Counted from the stretch's first letter, positions 30,018 to 41,669 are shown. The stretch: DNA of 64,000 nucleotides from Alphaproteobacteria bacterium (GCA_963555825.3 CAUVXB020000002.1:1088001-1152000); one strand, 5' to 3'. Numbers and translations: made by a program. Notes: generated by a model not told the origin, from the sequence alone.

Positions 30018-30917
30018 ATGAACGCAATCACATCAGGAATCTATGGCGGCGGGCCATTCTATTCGGGTGGATGCGCCGTCATCGACGATCTGAAAGGCTC
30101 GGGATATACCACGGTGGTCGCCTGGGCCGTCCATGTTAAAGCGTCGGGCGACCTCGTCTTCAATGACCCGACCATTGTCAGCCGCGGCCAGTACGTCGGC
30201 GATTCTGCCTGGCCGGGGCTCCTTGCGGCGCTCAAGCAGGGCGCCACGTCCGTGAACCGGCTTCTGATTTCCATCGGTGGGTGGGAAGTCGGGGACTTTC
30301 CCAACGTCAAAGCCCTGATTTTCCCCAACCCGGGCAATTATCCCGACAATCCTCAAATAGGTTCAAACACCATACTCTATCAGAACTTCCAGGCGCTGAA
30401 GAACGCCATCCCGACCATCGATGGCGTCGACTTCGACGACGAGACGCTCTACGACCAGCCAACCACCGTCGCGTTCAGCCAAATGCTGAACACGCTTGGT
30501 TACCAAGTGACATTCTGCCCGTACACCAACGTTTCCTTCTGGGTCGATTGCCTTTACCAACTCAACACCGCGACGCCAAACCTTGTAACCGGCTTCAACC
30601 TCCAGTGCTATGCCGGTGGAGCGGGGAATGATCCTCAGCATTGGATCACGGCCATTCAGGAAAAAATGGTCAGCGGTTTCGATGCCAAAGGGTTCGTCTA
30701 TCCGGGCCTCTGGTGCATCCATAACGGCTGCGATTCCGGCGACTGCCCCGACAGAATCTCCAGTCAGTTCAGCTCTTGGCGGCCCGACGGCATCCAAGGC
30801 GGGTGGATCTGGCTGTACGACGACATTCAGAAATGCGAGGACTCGGCAGCCTGTGGTTCGGGTGTCTCAATGAACGCCGCCGCTTACGCCAGCGCGATCG
30901 TGACCGGTCTAGGGTAA
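30018..30917 (+). CDS. GH18-like glycoside hydrolase
   Basis: SIGGW and catalytic DGVDFDDE (DxxDxDxE); AAAGGGG RBS. Confidence 0.75.
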   Translation: MNAITSGIYGGGPFYSGGCAVIDDLKGSGYTTVVAWAVHVKASGDLVFNDPTIVSRGQYVGDSAWPGLLAALKQGATSVNRLLISIGGWEVGDFPNVKALIFPNPGNYPDNPQIGSNTILYQNFQALKNAIPTIDGVDFDDETLYDQPTTVAFSQMLNTLGYQVTFCPYTNVSFWVDCLYQLNTATPNLVTGFNLQCYAGGAGNDPQHWITAIQEKMVSGFDAKGFVYPGLWCIHNGCDSGDCPDRISSQFSSWRPDGIQGGWIWLYDDIQKCEDSAACGSGVSMNAAAYASAIVTGLG

Positions 30918-31027
30918 ACGATCACATTGCCAGCGGCGCCGAACCAGTCGTTGCACCCGACCGGAGTTAGCGGTCGGAAGTGGTCCTGAAATCAACGTAA
31001 CTTGCCGCGCCTTTCCGGTCGCCGGCT

Positions 31028-32260
31028 TCAGCCTTCGCCGGTCTCGACGACGCCGGCGGAAACCAGGCGGTCGACGTCCTCGGACGCGTATCCCAACAGG
31101 CCCTCGAGGATCTCGCGGCTGTGCTGGCCCAGGTTCGGCGCCGGGTTGGCTGGCAGCTCGGGTGCCGCCGACATATGCGGCGCCGAGCGCGCGAAGCCGA
31201 AGCTGCCGAATTCGGGATCCTCGATCGGCATGATCATGCCGCGTGCCGCCACGTGCGGGTCGGCGAAGACGTCTTCGGCGTTGTAGATCGGGCCGCAGGG
31301 GATGCCTTGGGCGTTCAGCGTCTCGACCGCCTCGTCGCGGCTCAGCGTGCCGAGCCAGTCCTTGATGACCGGTTGCAGAAACTCGACGTTGGCCGAACGC
31401 GCGGTGCCCGAATCGGCGCGTTGGTCCTCGATCAGGTCGTCGCGCCCCATGGCGGTGCACAGCCGCGCCCAGATGATGTTGTCGGGGATGTTGATGGCGA
31501 TATAGCCGTCTTTGGCCCGGTAGGCGCCGCGCGGCCACAGGTTGCGCGGCTTGCCGCGTTCCGGGCTCTGGCCGGCGACCGAATAGAGCGCAATCATGCT
31601 TTCGTTGAGCGCCAGCATGTTGTCGAACATGGCGGAGTCGACCAATTGGCCCTGGCCGGTGCGTTCACGCATGAACAGCGCCTGCATGATGCCGTAGGCG
31701 GTGACCTGGCCCGAATAGATGTCGGCCATGCCGTAGATCGTCCAGGACGGCGGCTTGTCGGCGAAGCCGACCAGATTCATGATGCCGCTCATCGCCTCGG
31801 CGACGATGTCGAAGGCGGGCCGGTCGCTGTACGGGCCGCGGTAGCCCTCGAGCCGGCCGAAGCCCGAGATGATCGACCAGATCAGGCGCGGGTGCTTGGC
31901 GCGCATCTCCTTCTGGCCAAGGCCCATACGCGTCATCGAGCCGGGCCTCAGGTTCTCGACGACGACGTCGGCGGTGGCGGCCAGCCGGCGGAACACCTCC
32001 TGGCCGCCGTCGCTTCGGATGTTCAGCGCCAGGCTCTTCTTGTTGCGGTTATAGGACATGAAACCGGCCGCCTTGCGCTTGCCGTCGCGCTCGGCGAAGG
32101 GGGGCATGGCGCGGCGCGGATCGCCGGTGCCGGGGCGCTCGATCTTGATCACCTCGGCGCCGGCGTCGGCCAGCAGCATGGTGCAGTAGGGGCCCGCCAT
32201 GTACTGCTCGAGCCCGACCACCCGGATGCCCGAGAGCGGGCGCTGCACGTCGTCGGCCAT
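31028..32260 (-). CDS. CoA-transferase family III (CaiB/BaiF)
   Basis: AGPYCTMLLAD.GAEVIKIE, NRNKKS, ENLRPG, APNLGQH. Confidence 0.92.
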   Translation of the reverse strand: MADDVQRPLSGIRVVGLEQYMAGPYCTMLLADAGAEVIKIERPGTGDPRRAMPPFAERDGKRKAAGFMSYNRNKKSLALNIRSDGGQEVFRRLAATADVVVENLRPGSMTRMGLGQKEMRAKHPRLIWSIISGFGRLEGYRGPYSDRPAFDIVAEAMSGIMNLVGFADKPPSWTIYGMADIYSGQVTAYGIMQALFMRERTGQGQLVDSAMFDNMLALNESMIALYSVAGQSPERGKPRNLWPRGAYRAKDGYIAINIPDNIIWARLCTAMGRDDLIEDQRADSGTARSANVEFLQPVIKDWLGTLSRDEAVETLNAQGIPCGPIYNAEDVFADPHVAARGMIMPIEDPEFGSFGFARSAPHMSAAPELPANPAPNLGQHSREILEGLLGYASEDVDRLVSAGVVETGEG

Positions 32261-32262
32261 GC

Positions 32263-33513
<1,251 letters not shown>

Positions 33514-33641
33514 GACGCCTCCTGGAAACAAGCAGTTGCCTCGCGGCGAGCGCCGATGGTATTGGGTTTGAGCGGCCGAAGAAAGGGCGTCGGACGCCGC
33601 GTGATATTCGGGTAAACTGGCCAATATCGGGAGAGCATGCG

Positions 33642-34874
33642 ATGACGGCTGTGAACGAGGCAACGGTCGTGGACAACGGGCTGCACGACGTCGTCATCAC
33701 CGCCGACGCCCATGTCGGTGAGCCCGAGGACCTGCGACGCCGGCTGCCCGAGAAGTTCCGCGACCAGCTCGTCGAATTCGGCGTCGACGATGTCGGCAAC
33801 CTCAAATTCTCGCTCAAGGGTAAGCCGCTCGCCGACGGCCCCAAGGCCGTAAACAAGCCGACCGCCGAAGACCTCACGCGCGAATTCCGCACCGACCCGT
33901 CCCAGGGCACCGACATCGACCGGCGGCTGCACGACATGGCGATCGAGGGCGTCGACGGCCAGGTCATCTTTCCCAACATCGGGCTCGGCTGCTCGATGGG
34001 CAGCGCCAGCGCGGACTTCTACCACGCCTGGTCGGTCGCCTATAACGACTTCGTCTGGGACGCCTTCGCGGTCGACTCGGCGCGCTTCAAGCCGGCCGCC
34101 ATGCTCGCCGTCGACGACATCGCGCGCACCGTCGCCGAGGCCGAACGCTGCCTCGAGCGCGGCTTCTGCACGCTGTTCGTACCCGCCGTCGTGCCCTGGC
34201 AACCGTACCGTCTCGCGCTCTACGAGCCGCTGTGGCGGCTCGCCGAGGAAGCCGGCGTGCCGATCAATTTCCACATCTTCAGCGGCAACCTCGCGATACG
34301 TGGCGATTTCGCCAGCGTCGGCGACTTGAGCCAGGACCGCTACGACACGGCCCGTCAATTACAGAAGGGCGAGGAGGAAAAAAGCGAGGAGTTGCTCAAC
34401 ACCGTGCTTGGTCTCGCCGCCGGCATGTCACCGATCATCGATCTGACCGGATCGGGCGTCCTAGAGCGTCACCCCGATCTCAAGTTCGTCGTCACCGAAT
34501 CGGAATGCGGCTGGCTCGCCTGGGTGCTGCAGGCGATGGACCAGCTCCAGGAGCGCCGCTACCTGCGCATGCGCAAGCTGCCGTTGCGCGCCAGCGAGTA
34601 CTTCCTGCGCCAAGGCGCGATCACCATCTCCGACGATCCGGTCGCGCTCAACAACGTCGCGTTCACCGGCACGGACTGCTTGATGTGGGGCAACGACTAT
34701 CCCCACGACGAGGGCACCTTCCCGCATTCGCGCCGGCCGATCGCCGATATCCGCGCGCGCCTCGCGCCGGCCGAGGCGCACACCGTGCTGTGCGGCAACG
34801 CCGCCCGCCTCTACGGCTTCGACCTCGACCACTTGGCGGCGACCAAAGACGCGGTGGGGCGCCACCTGCACTAG
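33642..34874 (+). CDS. Amidohydrolase family 2 protein
   Basis: [17 protein letters not shown]. Confidence 0.85.
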   Translation: MTAVNEATVVDNGLHDVVITADAHVGEPEDLRRRLPEKFRDQLVEFGVDDVGNLKFSLKGKPLADGPKAVNKPTAEDLTREFRTDPSQGTDIDRRLHDMAIEGVDGQVIFPNIGLGCSMGSASADFYHAWSVAYNDFVWDAFAVDSARFKPAAMLAVDDIARTVAEAERCLERGFCTLFVPAVVPWQPYRLALYEPLWRLAEEAGVPINFHIFSGNLAIRGDFASVGDLSQDRYDTARQLQKGEEEKSEELLNTVLGLAAGMSPIIDLTGSGVLERHPDLKFVVTESECGWLAWVLQAMDQLQERRYLRMRKLPLRASEYFLRQGAITISDDPVALNNVAFTGTDCLMWGNDYPHDEGTFPHSRRPIADIRARLAPAEAHTVLCGNAARLYGFDLDHLAATKDAVGRHLH

Positions 34875-34994
34875 CTCGGCATCGCTATTGCGCGTGCGGC
34901 CTTCTCGGCCGTTAATCGCCTTGGCAAACGGCGTCGAAAAAGGCATTGTGCGGCCGCCGCCGGCGGCCGCCGGCGGTGCAAGCGTGAGTGACGG

Positions 34995-36143
34995 ATGAAG
35001 ATCGGAATTCCCAGGGAACGGCGACATGGCGAGGCGCGCGTCGCGGCCTCGCTCGACATGGTCACGAAGCTGGTCGCCATGGGCCTCGAAGTGGTCATCG
35101 AGACCGGCGCCGGCGTGGCCGCGCTGATCCCCGACGACGCCTTCGCCGCCCTCGGCGCGACGATCGCGCCGGACCTCGCCGGCGTTTACGGCGACGCCGA
35201 CATCGTGCTCAAGGTGCGCCGCCCGCTGACCGTCGACGAGGGCCACGAGGACGAGGTCGACCTGATGAAGCATGGCGCCATCCTGATCGGCCTCTTGAAC
35301 CCGCTCGCCGACCGCGACCAGATCGACTATTACGCGGCGCAGAAGGTCACCGCCTTCGCGATGGATCTGATGCCGCGCATCAGCCGCGCCCAGGCGATGG
35401 ACGCGCTGTCGTCGCAGAGCAATATCGCCGGTTACAAGGCGGTGATCGACGCCGCCGCCTCGTACCGGCGCATCTTCCCGATGATGATGACCGCGGCCGG
35501 CTCGATCGCGCCGGCGCGCGCGCTGGTGCTGGGTGCCGGCGTCGCCGGGCTGCAGGCGATCGCCACGGCCAAGCGGCTCGGCGCCATCGTCTCGGCGTTC
35601 GACGTGCGCACCGCGGCGCGCCAGGAGGTCGAGAGCCTCGGCGCGAGCTTCGTCGAGGTGCCCAGCGAGGAGACCGGCGACGCGGCCGGCGGCTACGCCC
35701 GCGAGATGAGCGACGCGTATAAGGAAAAGCAGAAGCAGCTGATCCACGACACGCTCAAGAAGCAGGATATCGCGATCGCCACCGCGCTGATCCCGGGCCG
35801 ACCGGCGCCGCTGCTGATCACCGAGGCGATGGTCAGGGACATGAAGCCCGGCTCGGTGATCGTCGACCTCGCCGTCGAATCGGGCGGCAATTGCGAGCTG
35901 TCGAGGCGCGGCGAGGACGTCGAGGTATACGGCGTCACCATCCTGGGCCGCGGCAACCTGCCGTCGGCGCAGGCCGCAAACACCTCGACGCTGTATGCGC
36001 GCAACCTCTACAACGTGCTCGATCTGATGATCAACCGTGAGACCGGCCGGCTCGCCGTCGATTGGGACGACGAGATCATCCAGGGCATGATGCTGACGCG
36101 CGACGGCGAGGTCGTCCACCCGCAATTCACCAGCCAGGACTAA
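34995..36143 (+). CDS. pntA: NAD(P) transhydrogenase alpha subunit, part 1
   Basis: PRISRAQ, GAGVAGLQA, GGYA. Confidence 0.95.
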   Translation: MKIGIPRERRHGEARVAASLDMVTKLVAMGLEVVIETGAGVAALIPDDAFAALGATIAPDLAGVYGDADIVLKVRRPLTVDEGHEDEVDLMKHGAILIGLLNPLADRDQIDYYAAQKVTAFAMDLMPRISRAQAMDALSSQSNIAGYKAVIDAAASYRRIFPMMMTAAGSIAPARALVLGAGVAGLQAIATAKRLGAIVSAFDVRTAARQEVESLGASFVEVPSEETGDAAGGYAREMSDAYKEKQKQLIHDTLKKQDIAIATALIPGRPAPLLITEAMVRDMKPGSVIVDLAVESGGNCELSRRGEDVEVYGVTILGRGNLPSAQAANTSTLYARNLYNVLDLMINRETGRLAVDWDDEIIQGMMLTRDGEVVHPQFTSQD

Positions 36144-36178
36144 TCGATTCTAACCACTAGGGACGCGGAGCGAAAATC

Positions 36179-36472
36179 ATGGAAGTCGCCGTCATCGACC
36201 CGCTCATCTTCCGCTTCACCATCTTCGTGCTCGCCGTCTTCGTCGGTTACTACGTGGTGTGGAGCGTGACGCCGGCGTTGCACACGCCGCTGATGGCGGT
36301 GACCAACGCGATCTCGAGCGTCATCATCGTCGGCGCGCTGATCGCCGCCGGACCACCCGACATGAACCTCTCGAAGATCGCCGGCTTCGCCGCCGTGGCG
36401 CTCGCCTCGGTCAACATCTTCGGCGGCTTCATGGTGACCCAGCGCATGCTCCAGATGTTCAAGAAGAAGTAG
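36179..36472 (+). CDS. pntAB: NAD(P) transhydrogenase alpha subunit, part 2
   Basis: [14 protein letters not shown]. Confidence 0.95.
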   Translation: MEVAVIDPLIFRFTIFVLAVFVGYYVVWSVTPALHTPLMAVTNAISSVIIVGALIAAGPPDMNLSKIAGFAAVALASVNIFGGFMVTQRMLQMFKKK

Positions 36473-36484
36473 GCAGGCCAGACC

Positions 36485-37876
36485 GTGTCAGCAGCGAACC
36501 TCTCCGCGATCGCCTATCTGATCGCCGCGATCTGCTTCATCATGGCGCTCAAGGGGCTGTCGTCGCCGACCTCGGCGCGCTCCGGCAACGTCATCGGCAT
36601 CGTCGGCATGGTGATCGCCGTGGTGACGACGCTGGCCGACCCGGGCGTGCTGTCCTATGTCGATATCCTGGCCGCCATGGTGGTCGGCGGCGCCATCGGC
36701 ACGGTCGTCGCGCGGCGCATCCAGATGGCCGCGATGCCGCAGCTCATCGCCGCCTTCCACAGCCTGGTCGGCATGGCCGCCGTGCTGGTCGCCGTGGCCG
36801 CGCTCTATGCGCCCGAGGCCTATGGCATCGGCAGCGCCGGCACCATCAAGCTGGCCAGTCGGATCGAGATGAGCCTCGGCCTGGTGATCGGCGCGATCAC
36901 CTTCTCGGGCTCGGTGATCGCCTTCACCAAGCTGCAGGGGCTGGTCTCGGGCAACCCGGTCAGCTTCGCCGGCCAGCACTGGCTCAACCTGGCGCTCGCG
37001 CTGGTCATCGTCGGTGTCGGCGCCTATTTCTGCGCGACAGAATCTTACCCCGCGTTTTGGACGATGACCGCGCTGGCGTTCCTGAGCGGCTTCCTGATCA
37101 TCATCCCGATCGGCGGCGCCGACATGCCGGTCGTCATCTCGATGCTCAACTCGTACTCGGGCTGGGCGGCGGCGGGCATCGGCTTCACGCTCGAGAACGA
37201 GTTGCTGATCATCACCGGCGCGCTGGTCGGCGCTTCGGGGGCGATCCTCAGCTACATCATGTGCAAGGCCATGAACCGCTCGTTCTTCAGCGTCATCCTG
37301 GGCGGCTTCGGCGCCGAATGCGCGACCGCGGTGGCGGGCGGCGGCGACGACCGCCCGGTCAAGAGCGGCTCGGCCGAGGACGCCGCCTTCATCATGAAGA
37401 ACGCATCCAAGGTGATCATCGTGCCCGGCTATGGCATGGCGGTCGCCCAGGCGCAGCACTCGCTGCGCGAGATGGCCGATCTCCTGAACAACGAGGGCGT
37501 CGACGTGCGCTATGCGATCCATCCGGTCGCCGGCCGCATGCCGGGCCACATGAACGTGCTGCTGGCCGAGGCCAACGTGTCCTACGACGATGTCTTCGAG
37601 CTCGAGGAGATCAACGCCGAATTCGCCAGCGCCGACGTCGCCTTCGTGATCGGCGCCAACGACATCACCAACCCGGCGGCCAAGACCGACCCGGCGAGCC
37701 CGATCGCCGGCATGCCGATCCTCGACGTCGAGAAGGCGAACACGGTGTTGTTCGTCAAGCGCTCGCTGTCGCCCGGCTACGCCGGCATCGACAACGACCT
37801 GTTCTACCGCGACAACACCATGATGCTGTTCGCCGACGCCAAGAAGATGGTCGATAACATCGTCAAGTCGCTGTAG
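36485..37876 (+). CDS. pntB: NAD(P) transhydrogenase beta subunit
   Basis: GGADMPVV, HPVAGRMPGHMNV. Confidence 0.97.
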   Translation: MSAANLSAIAYLIAAICFIMALKGLSSPTSARSGNVIGIVGMVIAVVTTLADPGVLSYVDILAAMVVGGAIGTVVARRIQMAAMPQLIAAFHSLVGMAAVLVAVAALYAPEAYGIGSAGTIKLASRIEMSLGLVIGAITFSGSVIAFTKLQGLVSGNPVSFAGQHWLNLALALVIVGVGAYFCATESYPAFWTMTALAFLSGFLIIIPIGGADMPVVISMLNSYSGWAAAGIGFTLENELLIITGALVGASGAILSYIMCKAMNRSFFSVILGGFGAECATAVAGGGDDRPVKSGSAEDAAFIMKNASKVIIVPGYGMAVAQAQHSLREMADLLNNEGVDVRYAIHPVAGRMPGHMNVLLAEANVSYDDVFELEEINAEFASADVAFVIGANDITNPAAKTDPASPIAGMPILDVEKANTVLFVKRSLSPGYAGIDNDLFYRDNTMMLFADAKKMVDNIVKSL

Positions 37877-37895
37877 GGACTGGAGTAAAGGCGAG

Positions 37896-38567
37896 ATGCT
37901 GGAGATTTGGGGGCGGCGCAATTCGAGCAATGTGATCCCGGCCATGTGGGCGGTTGGCGAGACCGGCGTTGCCTATCGCCGCTACGATGTCGGCGGTTCG
38001 TTCGGTGGACTGGATACGCCCGAATATCTCGCGATGAACCCCAATGGCCTTGTACCGACGCTCTCCGACGACGGCCATATACTTTGGGAATCGAACGCCA
38101 TCATCCGCTATCTCGCGGCGAAATACTGCGCGGACGACCTGTGGCAAGCCGACCCGGCTCGGCGTTCGCTGTCCGACAGATGGATGGAATGGGCCAAGTC
38201 TACGGGCGTCGTGGCGACCATGCGCGTGTTCTTCGCCACCGTGCGAACCGAGCCCGACAAGCGTGAGCCGGCCGCCATCGCGAGGTTCGCCGAGGTCGCC
38301 GCCAGAAATTGGCAGTTCCTCGACGCCCAGCTGAGCGGCCGGCCATATCTTGCTGGCGACAGCCTGACCATGGGCGACATTCCGCTCGGCGCTCTGATCC
38401 ACCGTTATTTCCATTTGGATGTGGCGCGGCCCGAGTTGCCCCATGTGAGGGCGTGGTATGACCGGCTCTCCGAACGCCCGGCCTATCGTGAGCATTGCAT
38501 GATCGACTTCGGCGCCAACCCGGCCGAATGGCATGCGCTGGAACGCGCTGGAGCGAACCCGACCTAA
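37896..38567 (+). CDS. Glutathione S-transferase (GstB-like)
   Basis: WGRRNSSNV, NPNGLVP, WESNAI. Confidence 0.92.
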   Translation: MLEIWGRRNSSNVIPAMWAVGETGVAYRRYDVGGSFGGLDTPEYLAMNPNGLVPTLSDDGHILWESNAIIRYLAAKYCADDLWQADPARRSLSDRWMEWAKSTGVVATMRVFFATVRTEPDKREPAAIARFAEVAARNWQFLDAQLSGRPYLAGDSLTMGDIPLGALIHRYFHLDVARPELPHVRAWYDRLSERPAYREHCMIDFGANPAEWHALERAGANPT

Positions 38568-38682
38568 TTGATCATCGCCTGGTCGACAGACTGGGCCGGT
38601 TGCCGCCGGCGCTCGAGATACGCTTCGCCGAACTCTCGCTGTCGGCCGGCTTCGCCGGCACAACCAAGGCCCACGAACAACG

Positions 38683-38709
38683 AAAACCGCCCCTCGTTAC
38701 AAGGGGCGG
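38683..38709 (-). terminator. Intrinsic terminator after rpsU
   Basis: CCGCCCCT/AGGGGCGG hairpin followed by a T-run on the minus strand. Confidence 0.65.
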
Positions 38710-38754
38710 CGCTGTGTCGAGGATTAAGGCGCGGGCGCGGCGCCCGCGCGTCGC

Positions 38755-38964
38755 TTAGAGGTTGCCTTCGCGCTGCGCGCGTTTGCGCGCCAGCTTGCGG
38801 GCGCGCCGAACGGCTTCGGCGGCCTGACGGACACGCCGCTCCGACGGCTTCTCATAAGCGCGGCGCATCTTCATCTCACGGAAAATACCCTCGCGCTGCA
38901 TCTTCTTCTTGAGCGCGCGCAGAGCCTGATCGACATTGTTGTCGCGGACGACGACCTGAACCAA
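38755..38964 (-). CDS. rpsU: 30S ribosomal protein S21
   Basis: [26 protein letters not shown]. Confidence 0.97.
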   Translation of the reverse strand: MVQVVVRDNNVDQALRALKKKMQREGIFREMKMRRAYEKPSERRVRQAAEAVRRARKLARKRAQREGNL

Positions 38965-39073
38965 ATAACATCTCCCGGGTTAACGGTGCGCTTGATAGCA
39001 TAGGCGGACCGGCTTGTGAAGGCCCCAATGGCTGTGAAAAAGCGATAAATTCGAAGGTTTCGAGGGTGAGGAC

Positions 39074-39628
39074 ATGGCAATTCTGAAGATCGCCCGCATG
39101 GGCCACCCTGTGCTCGGCCGCCCGGCCGAGCCGGTCGCCGACCCGACCGCGCCCGAGATCCAGGAACTCGTCGCCGACATGATCGAGACCATGGAGGACG
39201 CCGAGGGCCTCGGCCTCGCCGCGCCCCAGGTCCATGTGCCCAAACGCGTCGTCATCTTCCTCGCGCCGCGCGACGCCGAGGAAGAAGAGAGCGGCGACTG
39301 GGGCGGCCTCACCGTGCTGGTCAATCCGGTCGTCGAGACGATCGGCGACGACCGCGTCGAGCGCTGGGAGGGCTGCCTCTCGGTGCCCGGCCTGCGCGGC
39401 CTGGTGCCGCGCTTCGCGCGGGTCCGCTATACCGGCGTGACGCCGATGGGCGAGGCGATCGAGCGCACCGTCGAGGGGCTGCATGCGACCGTCGTGCAGC
39501 ACGAATGCGACCATCTCGACGGTGTCCTCTATCCGATGCGCATGGACGACCTGACCAAGCTGATCTTCGAGTCCGAGATGCGCCACCGGCCGCGCCCGGC
39601 CGACGAGGAAGAGATCGCGGCGGCCTGA
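39074..39628 (+). CDS. def: Peptide deformylase, copy 1
   Basis: GLGLAAPQV, EGCLSV, QHECDHLDG. Confidence 0.95.
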   Translation: MAILKIARMGHPVLGRPAEPVADPTAPEIQELVADMIETMEDAEGLGLAAPQVHVPKRVVIFLAPRDAEEEESGDWGGLTVLVNPVVETIGDDRVERWEGCLSVPGLRGLVPRFARVRYTGVTPMGEAIERTVEGLHATVVQHECDHLDGVLYPMRMDDLTKLIFESEMRHRPRPADEEEIAAA

Positions 39629-39634
39629 TCGATA

Positions 39635-39768
39635 TGCGGTCATCTTTTTGTGCGGTCACCTTCGGTGACCTGCGCTCAATCGCCGCGCATGCTTCTGCCG
39701 AACGGTCGGCGGCCGGCAGTCGCCGGCTGGAAGATTCCGACCGATTTCGATTGGCCGGATTATGCGCT
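39635..39768 (-). repeat. Dispersed structured repeat, copy C (minimal form)
   Basis: Reverse-complement of the core; both optional stems reduced. Confidence 0.85.
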
Positions 39769-39806
39769 CGACCGGAATCTGCTATCATCGGTGTCGAGGT
39801 GATGTC

Positions 39807-40361
39807 ATGGCTATCTTGAAGATCGCCCGCATGGGCCACCCGGTGCTGAGCCGCCCGGCCGAGCCGGTCGCCGACCCGACCGCGCCCGAGATCGCCCGGC
39901 TCGTCGACGACATGCTCGAAACGCTGGACGACATCGGCGGCCGCGGCATCGCCGCGCCCCAGGTTCACGTCGCCAAGCGCGTCTTCATCTTCCGCGTGCC
40001 CAGCAACGAGAGCGAGGCCGAGAGCGGCGACTGGAGCGGGCTCGAGGCCCTGGTCAACCCGACCGTCGAGCCGCTCGGCGACGAACGCATCGAGGGCTGG
40101 GAGGGCTGCCTCTCGCTGCCCGGCCTGCGCGGCTGGGTGCAGCGTTTCGCCCGGGTACGCTACCGCGGCACGACGCCCGGCGGCGAGGCGGTCGAGCGCA
40201 CCGTCGAGGGCCGCGCGGCGCGCACCGTGCAGCACGAGTTCGACCACCTCGACGGCATTCTCTACCCGATGCGCATGGACGATCTCTCGAGACTGATCTT
40301 CGCTTCCGAGCTGCCGCACCACGGCGCGGCCTGGACCGGCTGGGACAGGGCGGTCGCATGA
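39807..40361 (+). CDS. def: Peptide deformylase, copy 2
   Basis: GRGIAAPQV, EGCLSL, QHEFDHLDG. Confidence 0.92.
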   Translation: MAILKIARMGHPVLSRPAEPVADPTAPEIARLVDDMLETLDDIGGRGIAAPQVHVAKRVFIFRVPSNESEAESGDWSGLEALVNPTVEPLGDERIEGWEGCLSLPGLRGWVQRFARVRYRGTTPGGEAVERTVEGRAARTVQHEFDHLDGILYPMRMDDLSRLIFASELPHHGAAWTGWDRAVA

Positions 40362-40993
40362 CCGACACCAAGCTCGACAAGTTGCGCCCCAAGCTGCTGG
40401 CGGCGATCCTCGCCCATGTGCCGTTCGACGGCTGGTCGGACCGGTCCTTGCGCGCCGGCACCGAGGACGCGGGCGCCGATCTCGCGACGCTGCGCCGCGC
40501 CTTCCCACGCGGCGTTGCCGGCGTGCTCGCCTTCTGGGCGGCCGAGAGCGACCGCGCCATGCTCGCCGCGCTCGAGGAACACGACCTCGCCGAGATGCGC
40601 GTGCGCGCGCGCATCGCGACCGCCGTGCGCGCGCGCATCGACGTTAACGCCGGCCACCGCGAGGCGCTGCGCCTGGCGCTCGGCCGCGCCGCGCTGCCGC
40701 GCCACGCACCCGACGCGTTGGCCGCGCTGTGGCGTTCGGTCGACGCCATGTGGCGCGCCGCGGGCGACACCGCAACCGACTTCAACTTCTACACCAAGCG
40801 CGGCCTGCTCGCCGGCGTCTACTCATCGACGCTGCTCTACTGGCTCAACGACAAGTCAGAGGGCTCGGCGGCGACCTGGGCGTTCCTCGAGCGCCGTATC
40901 TCCGACGTCATGCGCGTGCCCAAGGCGCTGGGCCGTCTGAGGGCCTGCCTGCCCGACCCCGAACGCATCATCCGCCGCGCCGCGCGGGGGTAG
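40358..40993 (+). CDS. COQ9-family ubiquinone biosynthesis protein
   Basis: HVPFDGW, AGDTATDFNFYTKR. Confidence 0.9.
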   Translation: MTDTKLDKLRPKLLAAILAHVPFDGWSDRSLRAGTEDAGADLATLRRAFPRGVAGVLAFWAAESDRAMLAALEEHDLAEMRVRARIATAVRARIDVNAGHREALRLALGRAALPRHAPDALAALWRSVDAMWRAAGDTATDFNFYTKRGLLAGVYSSTLLYWLNDKSEGSAATWAFLERRISDVMRVPKALGRLRACLPDPERIIRRAARG

Positions 40994-40996
40994 AGT

Positions 40997-41175
40997 ATTG
41001 GTGCGGTCACCTTTGGTGACCTGCGCTCAATCGCCGCGCATGCCAATCTTATGGGATCAAGCCGTTCTTGTGGGATCAAGACTGGCCGAACGGTCGGCGG
41101 CCCCCCTCTTGTCCCATATAGATTGGCGCGGGCTGGTAGTATCCGACCGATGCTGATCGATCGGAACATGCGTTA
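40997..41175 (-). repeat. Dispersed structured repeat, copy D
   Basis: Reverse-complement of the core, with an internally duplicated TGGGATCAAG. Confidence 0.85.
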
Positions 41176-41186
41176 AGCGAAGCAAC

Positions 41187-41669
41187 CTACTGCTCTGCCC
41201 TGACACGATCGAAATAGGCGAGATTTTCCAGGGTTTGCGCGCAGGCTTTGGCGGCTTCGGCGCCTTTGACCTTGAAGTGATCACGGAAAAAATTCGTATG
41301 CGCGTCGTGTTCGTGGAAGCGCTGCGGCGTCAGCACGATCGAGAGGATCGGCACCTCGGTGTCGAGTTGCACGCGCATCATGGCGTCGCTGACGCTCCTC
41401 GCGACGAAGTCGTGGCGGTAGATGCCGCCGTCGACGATCAGGCCGGCGGCGACGATCGCCCGATAGCGGCCGGACTCGGCCAGAAGTTTTGCCTGCAGGG
41501 GGATTTCGAGGCTTCCTGGAACCTCGAATACGTCGACGCTGTCGCGCGCGATGCCGAGCGCCGCGAGTTCGTCGATGAACGCGAGGCGCGCCTGATCGAC
41601 GATGTCCTTGTGCCACGTCGCCTGGACGAACGCGATGCGCGGCGTGGTGTGTGGGTGGCTCTGGTTCAT
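41187..41669 (-). CDS. ribH: 6,7-dimethyl-8-ribityllumazine synthase (type II-like)
   Basis: ATWH, VPGSLEIP, DGGIYRHDFV. Confidence 0.92.
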   Translation of the reverse strand: MNQSHPHTTPRIAFVQATWHKDIVDQARLAFIDELAALGIARDSVDVFEVPGSLEIPLQAKLLAESGRYRAIVAAGLIVDGGIYRHDFVARSVSDAMMRVQLDTEVPILSIVLTPQRFHEHDAHTNFFRDHFKVKGAEAAKACAQTLENLAYFDRVRAEQ

